A stretch of 64,000 bases of DNA, taken from contig OX337239.1 of NCBI GenBank assembly GCA_946965045.2, positions 1,302,001 through 1,366,000 on the forward strand. Direction: 5' to 3'. Shown piece after piece: positions 23,822 to 31,864 of the stretch (the stretch's first letter is position 1; every line of letters starts with the position of its first letter). Made by a program: the position numbers and the translations under genes. This DNA comes from Epithemia pelagica. Its lineage: Eukaryota; Protista; Bacillariophyta. The notes beneath the pieces were generated by a model. That model did not search any database, was not told the DNA's origin, and saw only the letters and a list, made by a program, of their open reading frames with translations.

Positions 23822-24632
23822 TCGTAAATGACTTTGTTCTTTCTAAAAATTGTCGCATTTCCTCGATGCGGGAAGGGTTGTTGTGTGCAACGTACTTGAA
23901 AATGAGTTCGATTTCTTGCATGGTCGTTGCAGAGAATTCGTTGTCGCCCTCTCCTGGGTCTAGGTTGTCGTCGCTACCAATGAGTGCCCGCGAGTGGTCG
24001 TCTGATTCTTCAGTGTCCATCAGGTCGTCATTGTTTTGTTCGTCTTCGGTTTGTTCCGCTAGTGCGGCGAATTGGTTCCGTTTGGCCGGAGGTTTCGAGT
24101 CTTCGTTTTCAGAGGTTTGGTCCGCGAAGTGGTTTTGGTTTGTTTGGGCTGCCACTGTTGTCCAATCTGTTCCGTCGTCGTAGGGGTCGCTTGCTTCTTC
24201 GTCTGTTGGTTGCATAGCGGAGGCGCTACGTTTGTTGGTCGGTGGGCTATTGGGATCCTTTGGTTTGGTTGTTGGTGTTGTGAGAACGTCGGCGTCAGTC
24301 TCATCCGTGTTGTCTTCCAAGTTGTTGTGTTTTCGGCGTAGCAGCCGGTTCGTGAAGGCCAGGAGTTTGTTTGTGTGACTTGATGAGGAAGGAGTTGTCG
24401 GGTCTTGGTTGGTGGTTTGTTGTCTCGGAGGTGTCGCTGCTACTGCTGCCAGGGTGGGGAGCAGGATGTTTTCCGGGAAGTCTGGGTGTTGTCTAATCGT
24501 GTTGGTGGTGAGCAAATGAGTATCCGGCGTCTTCCGCAAATATAGCGTGTAATACTGCGTGTCTGGGTCCTCATTGTAAGTCTCGGCAGCATTCCGCATG
24601 TCTGTCTGACAGTCCGACATCCCAGCCCCCAA
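23691..24632 (-). CDS. Non-LTR ORF1 (acidic, low-complexity, uncharacterised)
   Basis: 313-aa ORF between the 5' TSD and ORF2, on the same strand, overlapping the ORF2 start. Confidence 0.6.
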   Translation of the reverse strand: MGAGMSDCQTDMRNAAETYNEDPDTQYYTLYLRKTPDTHLLTTNTIRQHPDFPENILLPTLAAVAATPPRQQTTNQDPTTPSSSSHTNKLLAFTNRLLRRKHNNLEDNTDETDADVLTTPTTKPKDPNSPPTNKRSASAMQPTDEEASDPYDDGTDWTTVAAQTNQNHFADQTSENEDSKPPAKRNQFAALAEQTEDEQNNDDLMDTEESDDHSRALIGSDDNLDPGEGDNEFSATTMQEIELIFKYVAHNNPSRIEEMRQFLERTKSFTNDTDAQDAWRFAQTLVQSGNPNIADSRTGHVVPHEDRAKGPHE

Positions 24633-25402
24633 GCCCCAATTCTCGGCGCGCGGGCGCGGGGCTACAATAGAATCTACAATATAGTGTTCGTGTTCTGGGT
24701 TCTGGGGATTTTCACATCCATTCGCGATCCATTAGCGACTTGTTCACCATTCATTCTCATGGTCGCATCTTAGTCGTTGAAGGATGATCGACCCAACGGA
24801 TTTCCTGCGGAATTTTACAATACAATTATTATTTTCACTCCCCACTCCCCACCAATTTCCAATTTCCGATTTCGCTCTCTGAGTACGAAGTACGAACATT
24901 CTTTGGGCGCACCAAAACCGAACACAAACACAACCCTTCAGACAATTTTTTCTTCTTATCCTTGTTGATCCGACGTCCTCTTTATCAAGACAATCAAAAG
25001 GTTCAAGGAGTCGGCGACAAGGAAAATCGAAATAGTGCTGCTGGAAAAGGGTGCGTCTTCGACTGCATCCCAAGACTGGCCAGGACGATCTGCCAGAGGA
25101 CGGACGCATCGCAATGGAAAACCTTTCTTGTCTCCGCCTAATGCACCTAAAACAAGCAATAGAGTTTCTCATTTTTCTTTTCTAAAATATATCATAGTTT
25201 GACCATAGGCATGCAATCGTTTTATCGACACGACTAAGGACACAAACAAACTGCAAGAGCAACATGACAAGCATTCTTCATGTACATCTCCTGACGTTGT
25301 TTCCGACCCGTATCCATGGAAAAAATGATGGAGCATGTTACTTCTCCCAAAGTTGCTTTTTATATACTCATACACACCAAGACAATAACACGCCCCCTAT
25401 GT

Positions 25403-26035
25403 TTAGGCAGCAACGGGGTTACTTGACACTTGCTCCAAAGAATCCCTTCCCTTGGCGCCACCACTTTTAAGAACAGTCACCATCAAATCTTCAGAAATGG
25501 CGCTAAAGACAATCTTCCATGCATTGCGAATGTCGTCAGTGAAATCGTCACCGAACATTTCCTCCATCATGTTAGTCAAGGCCTTGCCCATGATTGGGAA
25601 CATTTCCGCTTGGACGCCGTAATTGACATGCTTTTCTCCCAACCCCTTGATTTTCTCCGTCAAGAGGACTCCATCCGGACCCAACATGTTGAAGGCTGTG
25701 TCAAACATGGTGATCAACTGCTTCGAATGAGCAATAAACTTGGGGTCGGATGTGAGGTCGTCCACTTCGGCGTAAAGGTCGTACCCAAACATTGGCTTGG
25801 CCTTTGGGCATTTGTTAAAAAGACTGGAAAGGTGAAATGAATGAAAGTCGAAAGTAGCACGGACAACAACAACATGAGGAACCATGTGGCTTCTTCTGAC
25901 GATAAACCCATTTGTCAAAACTTACAATTTCATCACCTTTTGTCCAGCTACATTCTCATAATCCTCCTTTTCCTTAAGCTTGCCCCAAGTATCGAGCGCA
26001 AGTTTCAAAGTATCAGGATCGACTGACTTGACCAT
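25403..26035 (-). CDS. Single-domain 3/3 globin (neuroglobin/myoglobin-like, about 176 aa, exons 26035-25926 and 25823-25403)
   Basis: W(A12) in DTWGKL, P(C2) and F(CD1) in KCPKAKPMF, distal His(E7) in KFIAHSK, proximal His(F8) in LGEKHVNYGV, and H-helix AWKIVF. GTAAG..CAG intron at 25925-25824. Confidence 0.9.
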
Positions 26036-26459
26036 GGTTGTTTGTTTGTTTGCTTGCTTGTCGTAGAGAGATGTAAACTTGATCGTAAGATGAAACTCGA
26101 CCTCGAATTATGAGAGCCATCGTTGCGATGATCATGTGATATCAAAGATATCAATTCTGGATCTGCGGCATCTGGTAAGGTTGGGCCTACCGAATGTCTC
26201 TGGCATTGATGACTGTGTCTGTCAACGATCAGAAAATCGAATGACCCAAATAATTTGTCTGTTGCAGCTGGGACACCCGCTATTTTTGTAACCATAGTGC
26301 TTATGGACCTTGAACAGAATATACCAAAAAGGGCGAAGGACGGACAAGCTTATTTTCTTTTTGGTACATAATAATAGAACAAAATACTTATCGACATTGA
26401 TATTTCTGTATATTAGAATACATAGAGAGGAAAATACACGAATCGGAACATTTGGCGAG

Positions 26460-26645
26460 GGTCGATACAACCCGATACAAACCATACAACTGGTCGAAAC
26501 AACATCCGATACAACCGATACAAATTCCGATACAACCCGATACAACCCGATACAACCGATACAACCCCGATACAAACGATACACGGGGGTCGATACAACC
26601 GATACAAATCGACGAAACCCCGATACACACACCCGATACAACAAC
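26460..26645 (+). repeat. Left subterminal array of (C)CGATACA motifs
   Basis: More than 10 copies of CGATACA, e.g. CCGATACAACCCGATACAACCCGATACAACCGATACAACCCCGATACA. Confidence 0.9.
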
Positions 26646-26684
26646 AAGAATGAGTCTTCACAACAAAAATGAGCTTCACAAAAC

Positions 26685-27407
26685 GTGATCGCAAAACACG
26701 TCGAAGTTATCGACAACGATCGACGAAATGGAACACGACACAACAACCAACCTTTTTTGTCGCCAGGTAGTGGACAAAGAAAGAGGATGAGCAAGCAGGT
26801 CTCTGTATCGAAGAAGGAGAAGGAGAAGGAGAAGGAGAAGTTTGTTGATTGGAGGAAATGCGAGGGGCGGGCGATCCTCATCGAGGATTTGGAGCCAGGT
26901 GGTCTGCTCTACAACATGAACATGGTGCCGGCAGACCACCTTTTCAAGTTTTACAAGCGGCTCCCGGAGTTCAAAGGTGTCCCCTTCCAACAATTCAAGG
27001 CACGGCTGCAGGATCATCGACGCCAAGCAGACTACGCGAATGAAAGGGCAAGAAGTGACGAAAGGGCCCTTATTCATGACAGAAGGTTATATCCAAGACA
27101 ACAACACAACAACAAAGGTGAACTTGTCTTTGACCTTCACCCTGCAAAGCTGCTTCTTCGGCAGGATGTGAAGAATGGTGTGCACCTACGCTTGAAGCCA
27201 TCCGAGCTTCAAAGGACACGTCCTGCCTACAGGGACTTTAAGCCAGCAATCTTCAAGCACCGCATTTACCAGGAAGCACGCCGCCAACGTTTTTTCAACT
27301 ATCTGGCACTGAAACGCGAGGAGGAGCAAGGACGAGGACCTGTTGTCCCCTGTGATGAGCTGCGACGACGACATGATTTGGCAAATCATATACAAGACTA
27401 TACGTAA
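26685..27407 (+). CDS. Transposon ORF-A, uncharacterised basic protein with two similar halves
   Basis: 240-aa ORF inside the TIRs. The halves DWRKCEGRAILIEDL..PEFKGVPFQQFKARL and FDLHPAKLLLRQDV..PAYRDFKPAIFKHRI look like an internal repeat. Confidence 0.7.
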   Translation: MIAKHVEVIDNDRRNGTRHNNQPFLSPGSGQRKRMSKQVSVSKKEKEKEKEKFVDWRKCEGRAILIEDLEPGGLLYNMNMVPADHLFKFYKRLPEFKGVPFQQFKARLQDHRRQADYANERARSDERALIHDRRLYPRQQHNNKGELVFDLHPAKLLLRQDVKNGVHLRLKPSELQRTRPAYRDFKPAIFKHRIYQEARRQRFFNYLALKREEEQGRGPVVPCDELRRRHDLANHIQDYT

Positions 27408-27452
27408 ACAAATAGAAAACACAAACAAACTTTTCTCTACTTTAGACATTCA

Positions 27453-28442
27453 TTAGGGTTGAAAGAGATGAGAGCTGCCATTGTTCATGGCATATTGCAA
27501 CGTAACAGCGACAGCTCGAAAGGCAAGTCCATGATTCGTGTCGCTGTGCCTCCAAGTTTGGTGCATGGAGGCAAAGGTAGACATTTTTCCGTTGAACGAT
27601 TCGTGTCGCAGGCGGATGCGACTCTTAATATTGTTCGCCATCCTTGAATCGTGTTGTGGGTTGGGCCAAGCAACCTTGTCGCGGAAAGCATTCTTGATGT
27701 AACCGCGATCAGCCACAACCTTTTTTCCATCCGCGAGGTGCTCCAGCACACCAGACCTCTCGAGCATCTCCTTGTCACCCATGCCTCCGCGCACTGGTCC
27801 AAAGATATCCACGACTTGCTGGCGATATGCACATAGAGTGATTTGATATTTCACTCCACCGTGCGCATGCTTCTGTGAGAAATTTCGTCGATCAAACGGA
27901 AGCAGTTCAGTCTTGTGCTTTCGTTCCCACGTTTTCTTATCAACACCATCCACAGATAGCGCGAAAATCTCCGAGTCAGGATTGTTCAGGTCGTGAGGCC
28001 AGAAAATTACCTTCTCCTCAAGCGCTGCGATCTTCCGAATCCATTTCCAGAGATTCTTGCCTCGGACGTTGCACGCACAAATTCGGAACCTGTCACCAAG
28101 CTGTACGCTGCTTCGAGGATAGCTGTAGATAAAGAAATGCGCAACCATGAACATGCGAAAGCCTTTTTGTTTATCCTTAGTACTTAGCTTTGCCTCTTCA
28201 ATTGTCGTATGGCACAAGTCATACCACATGGTTGCAATTGTAAGAGGCACCGATCCATAGTGTTGTTGGAACTTGTTGATGCGTTGCTCCCTCGTCAGAC
28301 GGCCATCCACGTCCAAGGAGAGATAAGCTAAGCCTCGCGTGAGAACCTCGTCTGGCTCGACCAGTGGCACCATCTTCTCTTTATGTTGAACAGTAGGAAG
28401 ATTCCGATGCGACCAACTTGGGGGAAGGAAGACAGCCTTCAT
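27453..28442 (-). CDS. DDE transposase (DDE_Tnp_4 / Harbinger-like)
   Basis: ALSVDGVD, FSQKH..GGVKYQI, GPVRGGMGD, VVADRGY, RLRHESFNGKM. Confidence 0.85.
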   Translation of the reverse strand: MKAVFLPPSWSHRNLPTVQHKEKMVPLVEPDEVLTRGLAYLSLDVDGRLTREQRINKFQQHYGSVPLTIATMWYDLCHTTIEEAKLSTKDKQKGFRMFMVAHFFIYSYPRSSVQLGDRFRICACNVRGKNLWKWIRKIAALEEKVIFWPHDLNNPDSEIFALSVDGVDKKTWERKHKTELLPFDRRNFSQKHAHGGVKYQITLCAYRQQVVDIFGPVRGGMGDKEMLERSGVLEHLADGKKVVADRGYIKNAFRDKVAWPNPQHDSRMANNIKSRIRLRHESFNGKMSTFASMHQTWRHSDTNHGLAFRAVAVTLQYAMNNGSSHLFQP

Positions 28443-28710
28443 GGCTCATTCCCTAGTAGTGTCACAAATTGGCGGAAAGGTGCTTCATCCCGAACACGAG
28501 TAGAAAGATCCGTGGGTCCACACACACCAATCTGCCCTAAGTAAACTTAAATACTGCTTATGATCAAGCAATCAAACACATTCCTATGATATTAGTAGCT
28601 GTAGACAAACCAACGACACAAGAGGAGCATGTTGGATCAAGAGGGAATGGCTTGCGCTTCGCAAACCTGTCTACTTCTCTCGTTGATTGTTGGATCATTG
28701 ATTTTCTATC

Positions 28711-30168
28711 ATGACAGAGCAACAACATGATCATAAATTGGACGAAAAGAAGAAACCACCGCCAAAGAGGCCAGCCAAGTTCCCCGCTCCAGGTGGATTG
28801 CCGTTTGACCAAACAAGAAAATTAATCAAGGCCATCGAAAAACAAGGCCAGTCGAGACACTCCTTTGATCTCCTTTCGTTTTGCAGTAATAATCCCACCG
28901 ACTGGGGATTTGAAGGCTCGTTGAAGCGACGACAAGTACAACTTCGCTGGGGCAAGTGCAAGTCCCGGTCCATCCAAGCCTACGTCAACTACCTCCATCG
29001 ACTGGGAGTTGATCCAAACGAGAAGACTCTCAAAGAACTTGAAAACAAAGAGTCAGGAACCATGGTGAAGAGCAACAAGATTTCCGACAATGACACTTAC
29101 ACCACTGATGTTGCCAACGACGTCAGCCCCGAAGAGGAGCAGATGTACAAGGACGCTTATGGGCGCTTGTATGGTGATCAAGATTATGCTGCTGGCATGG
29201 CTGAGCAAGACGACGACAGGAAGCCAGCTCCCCGCAATCTCAACCGCACACCTGTGAAGGGAGGAGAATCACCGGCGGTGTTTCTTGGCAACGATGCCCA
29301 CGATGCCCACGATCAGCAGATGGGACAGGTAAACGCCTCCAACTTCTTCGCAAGTCCCAGCCCAGTACGCCACAACGTTGCCGCCGCTTATGCTGTCCCT
29401 GGTGTTGACCTCAATGGAGGTGATCCACCGCAACATGTCTTCGGGAGGGTGTCTCCACTTCTTTCTCGTATCCCTCCTCGTCCCCCACAACTGCCTAACG
29501 ACGTGTTGCACCCATTTGTTCCGACAAGTTGGTTGGTGAATCAAAATGGGACGGTCAAGCACCCTTGGATAATCGCCGTCAACCATTTATGTGCCGAACG
29601 TAACAGAGATTTCGACATTCAATACGTTGAAGGGATCGACCAGGACGAACTTTTCACTCGCAACGGCTTCCACTTACGCCGTTCAGTCCCTTGCCAGGAC
29701 CATCATTTATGGGATGCGAGCATTCCCGACGATGTTTTCGGAGAAAGCTGGCGTGGTCGTTTAATCTCGATGAGGGGGCCGGCGCAGGACTTCTGGATCC
29801 GCGATCCCGAGCGGTACCACAAGGACGAGAAGTTGTCCAAGATCAAGTGTGCCGCTACAAAGAAGGCCCATAGTGCTACTATGGTGGCTATTGAGGATTC
29901 TGACGATGGCAGCTACTGGGCCCACTATAGGTTTGCCTTTCACCCGTCTATCAAACTCGACAACCAGATTTTCTCCAAGGATGAGACTGTCATCCCTACG
30001 GAGTACAACCCCATCAAAATGAAATCAAATGACTCGGAGAATGATTTCGGCCGTGATCTCCTTGGTATGACTATCTTTTGGCGCATTGCATGCAAGGGTG
30101 GCACCAAGATTGCCACCAAAGGCAAGAAGAATGCGGAGGCTGCCAAGAACATGTTTGGTGACTTGTAA
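28711..30168 (+). CDS. Transposon ORF-C, uncharacterised 485-aa protein (N-terminus possibly the Myb/SANT-like partner)
   Basis: Long ORF inside the TIRs, with a helical N-terminal segment (LIKAIEKQG..RRQVQLRWGKCK) and a globular C-terminal half. The Myb-like call is inference from Harbinger biology. Confidence 0.65.
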   Translation: MTEQQHDHKLDEKKKPPPKRPAKFPAPGGLPFDQTRKLIKAIEKQGQSRHSFDLLSFCSNNPTDWGFEGSLKRRQVQLRWGKCKSRSIQAYVNYLHRLGVDPNEKTLKELENKESGTMVKSNKISDNDTYTTDVANDVSPEEEQMYKDAYGRLYGDQDYAAGMAEQDDDRKPAPRNLNRTPVKGGESPAVFLGNDAHDAHDQQMGQVNASNFFASPSPVRHNVAAAYAVPGVDLNGGDPPQHVFGRVSPLLSRIPPRPPQLPNDVLHPFVPTSWLVNQNGTVKHPWIIAVNHLCAERNRDFDIQYVEGIDQDELFTRNGFHLRRSVPCQDHHLWDASIPDDVFGESWRGRLISMRGPAQDFWIRDPERYHKDEKLSKIKCAATKKAHSATMVAIEDSDDGSYWAHYRFAFHPSIKLDNQIFSKDETVIPTEYNPIKMKSNDSENDFGRDLLGMTIFWRIACKGGTKIATKGKKNAEAAKNMFGDL

Positions 30169-30310
30169 GCCACCAATTCCTACGAGTGTTTACATGATGA
30201 GTTTTTACATGATGAGTTTTTACATGATGAGAGTTTCTACATTGACGAGTAGTTAGTAATCTTCCTTTATCCTATATTAGTTGAGAATTTGCATTAACCA
30301 TGATGTTGCA

Positions 30311-30757
30311 TTAACCGTGACCATAGCGCACACGACGCCAACGAGCCTTGTCCACACGTAGGTTACTTTGACGTTGCACAGCAACCGTCAAATAATTTAG
30401 GAACAAGTTCCCAATCCGATGGCCAGCTTCTCCTTCGGAGGAGATGCCCTCACACTGGGACAGCCTCCTCGTAAGGTCGCGTAGCAGCTCTTCAATGTCA
30501 CAGTGCTGCTGGAGAACAGCCTCTTCATAGCTTGCCGGTGGTGCTTCCTCTCCGACTCGGATCGATTCGTGATGAAGCCGTGTTGCAATCTCCTCCTCGT
30601 TCGGCTTGATGATGATAATGACGTAGGTAAAGAACTCTGTCCTGCCCTTCTTCTTGTCGAGGAAGCCCCTCTTTCCACGGTACGTCCCACCAACAATCCG
30701 GATCTTGGCTCCCTTCCGGTCGGCGGGGTAAACCTTCGGTTTCTTCTTCTCGGCCAT
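30311..30757 (-). CDS. Transposon ORF-D, KOW-motif protein
   Basis: MAEKKKPKVYPADRKGAKIRIVGGTYRGKRGFL matches the KOW pattern G..V.I..G.Y.G..G. Helical C-terminus. Confidence 0.6.
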   Translation of the reverse strand: MAEKKKPKVYPADRKGAKIRIVGGTYRGKRGFLDKKKGRTEFFTYVIIIIKPNEEEIATRLHHESIRVGEEAPPASYEEAVLQQHCDIEELLRDLTRRLSQCEGISSEGEAGHRIGNLFLNYLTVAVQRQSNLRVDKARWRRVRYGHG

Positions 30758-30979
30758 GATTGCGACTTCTTCTTCTTGCTTTCGTCTTGAAAAATGAGTC
30801 TGATTGTTGTGTTGCTGTTGTCGCAAGCAATTTCATTGGCGAGTTTGGCAGGAACCAATTCTTCGATTGCTTAATCCATCGCTTTATCATTGTATCGCTC
30901 TCATTTCAAAAGTCGCCTGTTTATTCCATCTTGTATCGCTCTCATTTCAAAAGTCGCCTGTTTATTCCATGGTGACCGT

Positions 30980-31175
30980 CAACCCGATACATCAGGCCGA
31001 TACAAATCGCAACAAATTCGGAAGACCCGATACAGAGGACTCGAGTCCCCCGATACAAATACGGTTACAAATCCGTTGTATCGATACAGTACCTAAGCCC
31101 CCCGATACAACTAGATACAACCCCGATACACGACTGGATACAGTTGTATGTGCATCGATATAGAATCCGATACAT
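30980..31175 (+). repeat. Right subterminal array of (C)CGATACA motifs
   Basis: About 8 copies of CGATACA/GATACA in the same orientation as the left array. A 41-bp tandem duplication lies just upstream at 30890-30970. Confidence 0.85.
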
Positions 31176-31864
31176 TTGGCGAGCTCAGCGCAAGGCTTCC
31201 CGAAGTTCAATAATTGGTACATTTAAGTAATTTTTTAGACACGTGCCGGTTCCTCTTTTGATAGTGTACAAAAATCGGGTACAGTCATCTCAACCAATCA
31301 GAAATAAGCCCAGTGGGGTCATGGTTACAAATATAGCGGGTGTCCCTGCCATTGGTCTTCAGGCTTCTGGTCTACTCGTACGGTTCTTGGTCCTCACTTA
31401 TCAGATCCTAGTCGCATAACTTCTACTACTCTTATAGTTACATATACCAATACTCTGGGGGGGCGAGCCCCACACCCATCCTTTCCCAAGGAGGGCGGGA
31501 CTGTGTTTCGCTCCAGAATTGACGGGACTCGGATCCCGTGACAACTTCTGTCCATTGCGTGCGAGTGTGCATCCAACCGCGTAGCCATCCCAATCACAGA
31601 CCCCGATACGGAGCCAAGATACCCTGAAATATCATCACAAGTATCTTGCCGAAATATTCTGGTTGCCAAACCATCATAAATCGTCTGCAGGATAAGCCGT
31701 TGCAGCATCATGCAGGCAAGCTGGCAATAGCAAGCGAGCTGGACTTGTACTCTTTTCAGAGTACAATCGAGCCAATTCCCCATCTCGGTATAGTGGAACT
31801 TGTATCCTTCTTGCATCGCCGCTGATATTGCCATCTCTCAAATCTCCTCTTCTCTTGACTCGTA

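Larger units (their letters stand above)
19758..24783 (-). mobile_element. Full-length CRE/SLACS-like non-LTR retrotransposon with restriction-like endonuclease (about 5.0 kb)
   Basis: A9 tail (T9 at 19758-19766). 9-bp TSD ATGATCGAC at 19749-19757 and 24784-24792. ORF2 has C2H2 fingers, RT, CCHC and an RLE. Confidence 0.88.
26271..31345. mobile_element. PIF/Harbinger (PHIS)-type DNA transposon, 5075 bp, four ORFs
   Basis: TIR GGACACCCGCTAT(T/A)TTTGTAACCAT at 26271 and inverted ending at 31345. CTG on both sides (26268-26270, 31346-31348). DDE_Tnp_4-type transposase inside. Confidence 0.85.

Noticed and set aside
31394-31834. 146-aa ORF after the recombinase
   Set aside because: No motif. 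It lies in the probable 3' non-coding region of the retroelement.
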